DNA of 63,350 nucleotides, filler included, from Octopus bimaculoides (GCF_001194135.2; 5 parts of 4 records of this genome joined end to end with filler, not necessarily neighbours in it), one strand, 5' to 3'. Numbered from the whole stretch's first letter, positions 49,143-60,935 are shown. A program made the numbers and translations. The notes: generated from the letters alone by a model not told the origin.

Positions 49143-50794
49143 AACAACAAACAAGATGAGGACACATATCCGTCAAATGTAAATAATGTAAATAATAAAA
49201 AACGTGGTTGTTATAAAATATTAGATTAACAGAATACACGAATATCTATTCAGCTTCAGCTTAGCCATATTTTCTCTCACTCTTCAATAATCAAGTTTTG
49301 CTGCTGGCTATTTGACTCTTACCTTGAAATGCAGTGAAAATAATAGTATTATATATCTTGATCGCTGCATCGGAAAGGAATTCACTCTTGATTGGTCTAC
49401 TAATTTGACTTCCAATTCATTCAGGTCACTGGGTCAATATCGGATCAAGATTGCGTCCTGAAACACGGAAGAAGAGAATTTAGATGCGTAGAAATAATAT
49501 CATAACACGAGCACAAACACACGTGCGCACATACATACACACACACATACACACAGAGGCAAACACACACACACGCAAACACAAGACGAGCACATTCACA
49601 CACACACACGCGTATTACACACAGGCACACACATACGCACACGCACGAGCACATACACACACGCGCGCATANNNNNNNNNNNNNNNNNNNNNNNNNNNNN
49701 NNNNNNNNNNNNNNNNNNNNNNNNNNNNNNNNNNNNNNNNNNNNNNNNNNNNNNNNNNNNNNNNNNNNNNNNNNNNNNNNNNNNNNNNNNNNNNNNNNNN
49801 NNNNNNNNNNNNNNNNNNNNNNNNNNNNNNNNNNNNNNNNNNNNNNNNNNNNNNNNNNNNNNNNNNNNNNNNNNNNNNNNNNNNNNNNNNNNNNNNNNNN
49901 NNNNNNNNNNNNNNNNNNNNNNNNNNNNNNNNNNNNNNNNNNNNNNNNNNNNNNNNNNNNNNNNNNNNNNNNNNNNNNNNNNNNNNNNNNNNNNNNNNNN
50001 NNNNNNNNNNNNNNNNNNNNNNNNNNNNNNNNNNNNNNNNNNNNNNNNNNNNNNNNNNNNNNNNNNNNNNNNNNNNNNNNNNNNNNNNNNNNNNNNNNNN
50101 NNNNNNNNNNNNNNNNNNNNNNNNNNNNNNNNNNNNNNNNNNNNNNNNNNNNNNNNNNNNNNCACACGCACGCACACATACACACACACACGCACACGCA
50201 TACACACACGCACGCATACACACACACGCACGCACACGAACATATAACAAAGCTACAGGTACAAACACATTCAAATAAATAAGAAACACACACGACTATG
50301 AAAATGCGAACGAATGCGCATTCATGCACAAAGGCGAACGCTCACCTACACAAACACAACTACAAACACACATATACATACAGCCATGCAAAGGTATACA
50401 CTTGCAAAGATGACGGCAGAATGGGATTCGAAAGTGATCTGGTTACTATTTGTAACAGGTCACGTGAAAGTGCAGCAGCTCCCCATTGGCTAGGATATAA
50501 CTTTGAATGACATTATGTCAGTAAGAAGTACAAAACACCTTTTCATAATCAAACACACACACACACACACACACAAAGCCATAAACGATGAAGATCTTGT
50601 GTAAATCACTTCGACGCACGCGCAATAAGTACGCTGCAATGTGTTGGAAAGAAATAAAGTTGAAGCGTTTAGGGAAGATAAACAGGGCCATAAGCAGGTA
50701 GATTAAAGTAATGGTAGATTAACGCAAAACAAAAGGAGCATACTCCTTTATGTGGTCACATTGTGAGGAATAGAATTATGCCTGCATGTATGTG

Positions 50795-50854
<60 letters not shown>

Positions 50855-51834
50855 NNNNNNNNNNNNNNNNNNNNNNNNNNNNNNNNNNNNNNNNNNNNTT
50901 AATTAATTAANNNNNNNNNNNNNNNNNNNNNNNNNNNNNNNNNNNNNNNNNNNNCGGAGAACATGGGCGCGGCAAAAGGGTCATCCACACCAAGACGCCG
51001 GTGTATTATAGTGGACGGGGCCACTCATCCCGAATCATCGCGCTCATTGGGATGCTCCGGTTTTTATAGTGGGCAGCGCCACCGCCGATTTTCTACGAGG
51101 CTCCGAACGACCGAACAGAGGATCAAGTAGGGTCCCGACATTCATGGACAGGATCACGCGTCCAGGGGGTGAATCCATCCACCTGTGGGATTGGCTGCTA
51201 TCCCTCGATGCACGGATCATAACCGCACCTAAACGCCCGTTGTTTTCAAGTGGCCGGTGCCACCTTGCACCGAAGGCTGCGCGCTTGCGTACTGAGGTCG
51301 ATCTAATTGACTGGCGCCCTCCCCAAAAATTTCGGGTCTTGTGCCTACAGTAGAAAAGAAAAGAACATTTGCATAGGTGAAGTGATGGGTGTTTAATTTG
51401 TGACAGCAAATATTTAAAAAACTAGATGTCATTCACACTGCTAAGCACTCAGCCATGAAGAAGTTAGTTGTAGTGGTTGTAATAGTAGTAATGGTGATGG
51501 TAGTGGTAGTAATAGTAGTAGTAGTGCCTAGACAGTAGGTCGATGGTCCAGTAACTTAGCCTCAACACGTGTTAGCCATTGTGCCTTCTTTAGTTGACCG
51601 TAAATATTCTAAAATGTTGTAAATCCTCTTTCAAACACAAGAAATGACCTAAATACATGGCTGAAAATATGAATACATACATAATATATATATACACAAA
51701 TATATATGTATGTAACAGGCTGAAACTTCAAAGTCACTGTCAACAATATTTTTGTTTAAGAATAAAACTTGTAACCTACAAAAGTATAGAGTAAACCCTC
51801 AGATCAATGTAAAGTTGCTTTTATAAATAAAGAT

Positions 51835-52135
51835 AAAAACATCATCATCATCACCATCATCATTATCATCAAATATCTTCATCATTATCATCATCATCAT
51901 TATCTTTGTAATGCCCCATTTTCTTTGGTTGCATGTGTCAGAGGAATTCATTAAGGCAGATTTTTCTATGGCCAGATGCCCCTTCCTGTCAGCAACCCTC
52001 ACCTGATTCCAAGGAAGGTAATATTTCCTCATGGCCAGGAAATGTTTTCACAACAGATTGAAAATGAAGGACACCATCTGCATAACAGTGATGCTCATTT
52101 ACGACTATCGCACAATGTCAAGACAAGGGGACACA
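51835..52135 (-). mobile_element. SINE-like repeat with RTE-type 3' tail and (GAT)n
   Basis: Minus-strand gggttgctgacaggaaggggcatctggccatagaaaatctgcc resembles the RTE tail at 54935-54975 and ends in (GAT)n. Confidence 0.55.
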
Positions 52136-52190
52136 AACATACACATTCCACTTGCTAAATCCACTCACAAGGCTTTGGTCATCCAAAGGC

Positions 52191-52241
<51 letters not shown>

Positions 52242-52310
52242 ATATAAGCTGAGTGAAGACGCAGTTCATTTACATATCCGTGGCCACTTGTATAGTTATG
52301 CCAGGAGTAC

Positions 52311-52379
52311 CGACACTGATGAAGGCAATAGGTAATGTCTTTTTATTACTTTAAGCCCGAAACATGATCATGTATGTGG
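52311..52379 (+). ncRNA. Hammerhead motif, second family, with 12-nt palindromic stem III
   Basis: aca-CUGAUGA-a-GGC..GUAAU[gucuuuu]AUUAC..GCCC-GAA-ACAUGAUCAUGU-A-ugu. Confidence 0.75.
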
Positions 52380-52544
52380 TTAACTGGAGTTTTGGTTCAT
52401 TTTCTTTCTTTTACTAGCCTTTTATGTAGTGTGTTTCTCTTGGAGAACTTATAGCAGTAATAGTGTCTCTTGACGTCTATTTTTCAGTGTGCGGTGAGGC
52501 ACAAGCCAAACCCTTGTTATCATTATATATATATATAAGGATTT

Positions 52545-52770
52545 ACTTTTCATGATGAGATAAAAAAAACCAAGGCTGTGTATATTTTAGAACATTTATA
52601 AATATGTCTTACAGCTGTTTCCAGGATATTTATTATATCCCTTCATCAGAGACGGTGTGAGGGGATGGTTAAGCAATAGTTAATTTAGATAAGATAGGAT
52701 ATAGAAAGTGAATTGGAGGAACGAAAATAGATGTGAGATATGCAGGGATATTGTATTTGTAAAGCCATTG

Positions 52771-52806
<36 letters not shown>

Positions 52807-54350
52807 ATTGCTTGCCATGAATACAAGGCCTCATTCCTTTTGCATCTGATTACTTAGATAGGACTACTATCATAAAATTCTGTAAGTACAGCACTATCCA
52901 TTTTAAGATTAATCTCTGACATCTAGAGAATTGAGGAATTTAATAAAACTTTTATATTCTCAGATAAAATGAAAATTCTATATGAAGAAGAGAAAGACAT
53001 TTACAATCAACTCCTATTTATTGACTTAAAGCTAAAAAACACTAACTTTATATGCATGAAAAATAATCATAGTGCATACCATAGACTTGAGTGTTTAACT
53101 AAACATGAAGTGTATTTCACCCTCAAAGACCATAAGGAAAATATCCCCTTTAATCCAAAATAAATCAACCTCGCTAAAAATGAAATCAGATTAATTAGCA
53201 AACTGATTTTTTAAATAATATTAACAGTGGAATTATGGAAGTCATTAATTTCCAGCTATAGGAAATCTGCAGCACCATGACCAATTTGGTTTAAATTATT
53301 AGTAATAAAAATGAGTGCAAATTCAATCAATTTGATATCATTGAATGTTATCCTTCCATCTCTAAATCATTACTTACAGGCACTCTGATCTTTGCCAAAA
53401 CATACAATACTGTAAATTACTATAACAGAAATTACTACGCAAGCCAAGAATCTCTTATTCTTTTTAACTCCTCCCTGAATTAAAAAGAACAGACAATTCT
53501 ACTGGTTCGTTTAGTGTCAGTATGGGATTGTTCAATAGAGCAGAGACATGTGACTTGGATACAATTAAAAAGAGATTCACAGCTATTGGCCTATGTAGAG
53601 TTCATTGGTTTGCCTTATCATGACACACTAATGACCACATATTAAGTATATTTAGAAAAGAATTAATTAGAGCTTCAACAATTTCAGTTTTAAAATAACA
53701 ATACTCACAAATAACAATATTCATGAGTGCGGTAATGTTTTAGAGCTTTCAGTCAATCTGTACCTAGGAAGTATGGTTCCAGTCTATGTTGGAGGAACAC
53801 TAAGGTGTCCCTGCCAGAGGGCAATACTGGGCAAAGCTGTATGGAAGACCAGCAGTTGCCCAAGCAGCAAGTCCCCCATCTCCATGCAACTGGTATCACT
53901 CAACAGAAGGTCAAGGACAAATAAAGCTTGGCACCAATCTTATTACAGGTATTACCAGAAAGGAACTAAAGACAATGTCAGTATGCCTGAGTGACTCTAA
54001 CTCTGGATTTGTCATTGATGAAACTGACCTAGTTATTGGTACAACCTTCTTTTTTTTATTGATGCTAGAAGGATGAAAGGATAAGTTGAACTTGGTTGGA
54101 TTTGAATGCATGACATTTTATCTGATATGCTAACGATTTTGCCACCAGCTGCTCTAACATTTGACCTCAATACAGATAAGCATAAACTATATAGGAAACT
54201 AAGCAAAATGCTCAAATATGTCAAAAAATTCTTGTCACTGTTTGTAGTTTTCAAAAACCTAGCCAAAATTGTTAATGGACAAACCTCTGAGGTATTGTCA
54301 ACTAAAAATAGCTTCAATGTAGCTGATCCCAACAATAATGCCCAGGTTCT
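52545..54350 (+). mobile_element. Decayed Penelope-like element (probably Neptune-type RT) with inverted pLTR at the left, interrupted by SINE fragments
   Basis: VYFTLKDHKENIPFNPK.INLAKNEI, KNECKFNQFDIIECYPSISKSLL, FSVSMGLFNRAETCDL, GLCRVHWFA (decayed GLYRDDGLA), FKITIL and FDLNTDKHKLYRK...KNSFNVADP. Confidence 0.82.
52606..52653 (-). ncRNA. Hammerhead motif, third family, in a PLE pLTR
   Basis: gucu-CUGAUGA-a-GGGAU[auaauaaau]AUCCU-g-GAA-ACAGCUGU-A-agac. Confidence 0.75.
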
Positions 54351-54552
54351 CTCATGGTAAATAATGTAGTATTCTTTATCCCCACTTTAAAGCAGGAATA
54401 AATATAACCTTTTGGTATTAAAAATGCTTCTGTCAGTATTAGCTGCATGTTGTAAAAGAGAAGTAGATTTTGGTTTGTTTGTCACATCTATTATAAGGAG
54501 GAAATGAAGGGGATGAATTAACATATACATCACATTAACATATACATCACGA

Positions 54553-55077
54553 GGGAACCCGTGGAAGAGGTAGGCCCAGGAAGACCTGGGCTGAGGTGGT
54601 GAGGCAAGACCTTCGTACATTGGGCCTCACCGAGGCGATGACTACGGACCGAGACCTTTGGAAATGGGCTGTGCGTGAGAAGACCCGGCAAGCCAAGTAA
54701 GATCGTTGCCAGTGCCCCTGGACTGGTTCTTGTGCGGGTGGCACATGAGATGCACCATTTTGAGCGTGGCCGTTGCCAGTACCGCCTGACTGGCTCCTGT
54801 AGGATTTTCGAGCGAGATCGTTGCCAGTGCCCCTGGACTGGCTTGTGCGGGTGGCACATAAAAGACACCATTTCGAGCGTGGCCGTTTTCGTGCGGGTGA
54901 CACGTAAAAGCACCCACTACACTCTCTGAGTGGTTGGCATTAGGAAGGGCATCCAGCTGTAGAAACTCTGCCAAATCAGACTGGAGCCTGGTGTTGCCAT
55001 CCGGTTTCACCAGTCCTCAGTCAAATCGTCCAACCCATGCTAGCATGGAAAGCGGACGTTAAACGATGATGATGATC
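54553..55077 (+). mobile_element. 5'-truncated RTE-clade LINE (ORF end + 3'UTR + (GAT)n tail)
   Basis: RGRPRKTWAEVVRQDLRTLGLTEAMTTDRDLWKWAVREKTRQAK*, then tandemly repeated UTR modules and ...ggacgttaaacgatgatgatgat. Confidence 0.85.
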
Positions 55078-55138
55078 ACAACGTATCTTTAGAAGAAGGG
55101 GAGAAGAAAAAGTTGTTCTTGACAGAGAAGTACAGTGA

Positions 55139-55176
<38 letters not shown>

Positions 55177-55574
55177 TAAAAGTACAGAGAGAGAGAGGGT
55201 TTGTGTGTGTATTGTGTGTTAAAGATAGATAGATAGGAAGTGTTGTCATCATAGTAACTAACAAGTTTTGATTAAAAATGTGGGTATTTAAAGTGCAAGT
55301 CTGTCAACACAACACAATACTGACTTCAGAAAAAGACTATATGTTTGTATATAATATATATAGTTATGTTTTTTGGTTGTTTGTGAGTGTGTTTCAGTCA
55401 CTTTAAAAAAAAGACTTTCAATTTGAACAATTTATGAAAGTACATTCATGATTAATAAATATTCTAACTGCCAGCATAGCAACAGGCAACAACCTAGTTA
55501 CATATTTGTGAGTGAGTGTGTGTGTGTGTGTGTGTGTGCACGTGCGTATTTATGTACATATGTATGCATGTATA

Positions 55575-55733
55575 CACAAGTCTGTGTGGTAAAAAGTTTG
55601 CTTCCCAGCCAAATGGTTTGGGATTTCAGTTCCACTGCATGGAACCTCGGGAAACTGTCTTCTACTACAGTCACAGACTAACAAAAGCTTTGTAAGTGTA
55701 TATGGTGGATAGAAAGTGAAGAAGCCTGTTGCA
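55575..55733 (+). mobile_element. SINE family A, 5' part (degenerate)
   Basis: gtgtggtaaaaagtttgcttcccagcc...ttcagttccactgc...gtcttctactacagtc...gaagaagcctgtt. Confidence 0.6.
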
Positions 55734-55753
55734 TATATCTATCTATCTATCTA

Positions 55754-55791
<38 letters not shown>

Positions 55792-55815
55792 CCTATCTAT
55801 CTATTTATCTATCTA

Positions 55816-55876
<61 letters not shown>

Positions 55877-55883
55877 ATGTATG

Positions 55884-55928
<45 letters not shown>

Positions 55929-56286
55929 ATATACACACATGTGTATGTACATCTGTGTGTATGTGTGTGTGAGAGTGTGTATGTGTATGTGTGTGTGTGT
56001 GTGTGTGTAAGTCTTTTACTGTCTCATGCCTTGACTTCACAAGATATATATATATATATACATATATATATTCATACATATAATATACATAATACAATAG
56101 GAAAATAGAAACCTTTTGGTATCATTTATATACACCTATCTATATCTATATCTACACACATGCACACATATACATATATATAGTTAAATGAAGAAAAGAA
56201 AATGGGGAGTTGAAAGTTGATAATTATTTATTGTTAACAAATTGGTAATCTTTACTTCTTACAGCCATTTCCATTAGTTCTCAATA

Positions 56287-56324
<38 letters not shown>

Positions 56325-56412
56325 GCACATATATATATGTAATGTAACCTCGTGGGCATCGGTACCATTTTCCTCTTTCTCCGTTCTTCCATTCTCCGAA
56401 CTTTCCATCTTT

Positions 56413-56439
56413 CCGACGAAGGGCTACGCCCGAAACGTC
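56413..56439 (+). ncRNA. Degenerate hammerhead motif, fourth family
   Basis: CCGACGA(U4>C)-a-GGGC[uac]GCCC-GAA-ACGU-C; canonical GUC triplet, but stem I is broken. Confidence 0.55.
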
Positions 56440-56538
56440 ATACACTCTCTCTTTCCTTTCCTGAGCGTCCAATAATACTATCCATATCACGTCCTCACTT
56501 TGTTGTTTTTTTGTTTTTTTGTTATTGTTTTTTTAAAC

Positions 56539-56570
<32 letters not shown>

Positions 56571-57672
56571 CACAAGAATGTATATATGTAGTAAACTAGA
56601 ATTTAAATCATATACATATATATTTATTTATCTATCTANNNNNNNNNNNNNNNNNNNNNNNNNNNNNNNNNNNNNNNNNNNNNNNNNNNNNNNNNNNNNN
56701 NNNNNNNNNNNNNNNNNNNNNNNNNNNNNNNNNNNNNNNNNNNNNNNNNNNNNNNNNNNNNNNNNNNNNNNNNNNNNNNNNNNNNNNNNNNNNNNNNNNN
56801 NNNNNNNNNNNNNNNNNNNNNNNNNNNNNNNNNNNNNNNNNNNNNNNNNNNNNNNNNNNNNNNNNNNNNNNNNNNNNNNNNNNNNNNNNNNNNNNNNNNN
56901 NNNNNNNNNNNNNNNNNNNNNNNNNNNNNNNNNNNNNNNNNNNNNNNNNNNNNNNNNNNNNNNNNNNNNNNNNNNNNNNNNNNNNNNNNNNNNNNNNNNN
57001 NNNNNNNNNNNNNNNNNNNNNNNNNNNNNNNNNNNNNNNNNNNNNNNNNNNNNNNNNNNNNNNNNNNNNNNNNNNNNNNNNNNNNNNNNNNNNNNNNNNN
57101 NNNNNNNNNNNNNNNNNNNNNNNNNNNNNNNNNNNNNNNNNNNNNNNNNNNNNNNNNNNNNNNNNTATATATATATATATGCACACACACAAGAATGTAT
57201 ATATGTATGTATATTTACATATATGCATAATTCATTAGGGGTTTGATTTATCTACACCAGTGACTCAGTGAACTCAATAAAGAACTTCTTCGTATATTAT
57301 TGGTCACTACATTCTAAACTATTTCGTATGACACGAAGGAACGTTGAAAAATGAAATAGCAAACCTATATACATCACTGTTCATGGTAATGGAATCTCAG
57401 ACATGTGAAAGTAGATAGATTTCCATGCTTGGTTACAAGCAGTTCTTTTTTTGGACCAGCGCCAAGCTGTGGAGATGTTTACCAGAATGAATAACTATCA
57501 AGCTGTACAGATGTTAAAGGATGGAAAGATATTTTGTGGCTTAAGGGAAATTATAGACCTTTTGATTTGTGCATGTGTGTGCTTCTCTCTGTGTGTGTAT
57601 GTGGGTGGTGTATATGTGTGTGTTTCTTTATGTGTCACTGTGTATGCGTGTGTATTTGTGTGTGTATGTGGT

Positions 57673-57705
<33 letters not shown>

Positions 57706-57709
<4 letters not shown>

Positions 57710-57900
57710 TCATCATCATCATCTTCGTTTAACGTCCGCTTTCCATGCTAGCATGGGTTGGACGATTTGACTGAGTACTGGTGAAACCAGATGGCTACAC
57801 CAGGCTCCAATCTGATTTGGCAGAGTTTCTACAGCTGGATGCCATTCCTAACGCCAACCACTCAGAGAGTGTAGTGGGTGCTTTTACGTGTCACCCGCAT
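57706..57900 (-). mobile_element. RTE LINE 3' tail
   Basis: Reverse complement of 54895-55077. Confidence 0.85.
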
Positions 57901-58018
57901 GTATACATATATACATATNNNNNNNNNNNNNNNNNNNNNNNNNNNNNNNNNNNNNNNNNNNNTTAATTAATTAANNNNNNNNNNNNNNNNNNNNNNNNNN
58001 NNNNNNNNNNNNNNNNNN

Positions 58019-58287
58019 TAACGTAGTTCTCGGGGGATATTCAGCGTGACACAGAATGTGACAAGGCTGACCCTTTGAATTACAGGTACAACAGAAACAG
58101 GAAGAAAGAGTGAGAGAAAGTTGTGGTGGAAGAGTACAGCAGGGTTCGCCACCATCCCCTGCCGGAGCCTCGTGGAGCTTTAGGTGTTTTCGCTCAATAA
58201 ACACTCACAACGCACGGTCTGGGAATCGAAACCGCGATCCTATGACCGCGAGTCCGCTGCCCTAACCACTGGGCCATTGTGCCTCCA
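58019..58287 (-). mobile_element. SINE family B, 5' two-thirds (rest in gap)
   Basis: Near-identical to the reverse complement of 13745-14010. Confidence 0.88.
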
Positions 58288-58656
58288 CTATCTTTTACGT
58301 ATAACATGTAAAAAGAAACAATGCTTGTGCTATGTTCACGATTGCTGAAGTTTTCATCATTCAGGTTTTCATTCACAAAATTATATATACTACGACCATA
58401 AGCATGTATTGCTCATGTGTTATGTTTGTATTTCTCGGCGCGTTTGTTTGTGCATACGTTCAATGACTTCAAGATGTGTATGTTTCATATTACATGTGTG
58501 CCTTGTAAATGTGTGTGTGTGCGCGAGAGAGAGAAAGAGAGAGACAGTGCTTGTGTGTATGTGGTTCACTATGTTTGTCTGTACGCGTTCTCTGTTAAAT
58601 ATATGAGTGTATGGTGTATGTCTTAGCGTAGTGTGTATGCCTAATATGTGTTATAG

Positions 58657-58990
58657 ACGCCGGCGTGGCTGTGTGGTAAGAAGCTTGCTTTCCAAGCACA
58701 TGGTTCCGGGTTCAGTCCCGCTGCGTAGCACTTTGGTCAAGTATCCTCTACTATAACCTGTATATGTGTGTGTGCTTCTATGTGTGTGTGTGTGTGCTTC
58801 TGCGTGTGTGTCTTCGTGTCTCTGTTTGTCCCACCCCATCACCGCTAACTTAGTGGTTCGCCAAAATAACCGACATAATAAGTACCAGGCTTAAAAAGAA
58901 ACATATGAGTCCTGGGATCGATTCGTTCGACTAAAAGGTGGTGCTCCAACATGGCCTCAGTCCCATGACTGAGTCAAGTAAAATAATAAA
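58657..58990 (+). mobile_element. SINE family A
   Basis: gcgtggctgtgtggtaagaagcttgctttccaagcacatggttccgggttcagtccc...catggcctcagtcccatgactgagtcaagtaaaa. Confidence 0.8.
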
Positions 58991-59527
58991 AGCCTTGAGG
59001 TGTTTAATATTTAATTATAACATTTAAATACAATGAAACAGGGGAGAAAAGAAACAAAAATTTGTTGGAGGTTAAAGCAGCAGAAGGTGGAGGGGCAGGG
59101 GACGATGGACCACATACCCCAGGACAGATGATGTGCTCAGCCACGCCCCGTGGTAATGGCCAGCGACACTCGCTGCAGGAGCCACTCTACATCACGGTGC
59201 TCATTTCTCCTTATTTTGCGGAGGAAATCGATAGCATGGGGGACCTAGAACACCTGGAGTCTTGACGGCGACTGACACAGACTGATAGCAGCCGACCAAG
59301 CCCCTTTATTTATTGATTTCTCTCGAGTGCTTTTGTATGTGTTTATGTGTTTCTTCATCTGTTTCCGTCTGCATCTCCGAATATGTCATGTGTGAGCTCG
59401 CGCGCACATCAGCGTTTTCGTACGTATATGTGTGTCGTATTACCGTGCGCCAACGTTTCGGTTTTCCTTCCCCCTTTTCTTATCATCTGTTGTCAGTAAA
59501 GGCGAGAAGTTTCCGTAACTTGTTTAT

Positions 59528-60005
59528 ATTTGTTGCTGCTGTTGTTGTTATTGTTGGCACTCCGTCGCTTACGACGTCGAGGGTTCCAGTTGATCCGATC
59601 AACGGAACAGCCTGCTCGTGAAATTAACGTGCAAGTGGCTGAGCACTCCACAGACATGTGTACCCTTAACGTAATTCTCGGGGGAGATTCAGCGTGACAC
59701 AGAGTGTGACAAGGCTGGCCCCTTTGAAATACAGGTACANNNNNNNNNNTCGGTGTGATTCAGCGTGACACAGTGTGACAAGGCTGGCCCCTTTGAAATA
59801 CAGGTACAACAGAAAAAGGGAGAAAGAATGAGAGAAAGTTGTGGTGGAAGAGTACAGCAGGGTTCGCCACCATCCCCTGCCGGACTTCGCGGAGCTTTAG
59901 GTGTTTTCGCTCAATAAACACTCACAACGCCCGGTCTGGGAATCGAAACCGCGATCCTATGACCGCGAGTCCGCTGTCCTAACCACTGGGCCATTGCGCC
60001 TTTAC
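59528..60005 (-). mobile_element. SINE family B with 11-bp TSD
   Basis: TSD aacttgtttat at 59517-59527 and 60006-60016; (AAC)n-like tail. Confidence 0.88.
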
Positions 60006-60496
60006 AACTTGTTTATGTAATATGTAATAAAATCCTAGCCTCAAAAATGTACGATTCTCCCTTATTTTTATTTTTATTATTTTTTTTCTGGTTTTTAAGT
60101 GATAGAGCTCCGAATTGGAGTATGCACGCTAAAAACGTTGCGCACATCTACAAACTGAACGTACGTGCGTGTATGTGTGTAGATATCTGTATATATGTAG
60201 GTGTTCTTATATTGTTTCACTGTATGTTCCGTAACTTAGTAACTCAAAGAAAAGAAAAAAAGAAAAGAAAACGAGTACTGGACTGAAATATGTACAGGGT
60301 CGTTATGCTATGATCGACAAAATCTTAATAAGACATCACCTCGGGAAAGGTCGCAATTTAGTAACAAGAAAAAAAAAAGGGAAAAAACAGAAAATGTGAA
60401 AGAAAAAATCAAGGAGAATAATAAAATATTGTTTCCCATACCTTGAAGCACCCTTGCGCGGAAAGTTCAAATGAGTAAATGAAAATGATAAAAACG

Positions 60497-60572
60497 ATGA
60501 TGATGATGATGATGATGATGATGCTGATGATGATGATGATGATGATGACGATGATGATGGTGATGATGATGA
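60497..60572. repeat. (GAT)n microsatellite
   Basis: Direct reading. Confidence 0.95.
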
Positions 60573-60902
60573 TCTATTATTTGCTGTTATGTTATTCTTA
60601 ATATCAAAACCATTAAACTAGAGAAGTAAACTAGTTCAAAAAATTTCCTTGAAGTTGTATTTGCCTGTGCGTCGTGTATTTTCATGTGCATGTCTTCTCG
60701 CAAATAACACGTCTCCTCCACCTCGGTCATCGATATATGTACACACACACACGCACACACACACACGCACACACACACACACACCACAAACATATATACA
60801 TATGCATATATTTGCACATATATATACATCTGTTCGTTTATTATATATGTGTGTGAATGTAGTATATATCTAAGTGTGTATACAAACGTGTGTGTCTGTG
60901 TG

Positions 60903-60935
<33 letters not shown>

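Larger units (their letters stand above)
48408..49198. mobile_element. Locus C: inverted PLE tail + Penelope ORF fragment + complete tRNA-HHR unit
   Basis: Exact 11-bp TSD aaaacgtggtt at 48397-48407 and 49199-49209 brackets the whole structure. Confidence 0.88.

Noticed and set aside
59062-59265. 67-aa GC-richer ORF as a host exon
   Set aside because: No recognisable domain or convincing splice sites.
59690-59800. Apparent tandem duplications either side of tiny gaps (also 60770-61040 and 56560/57180)
   Set aside because: Near-identical sequence on both sides of an N gap is typical of unmerged contig overlaps.
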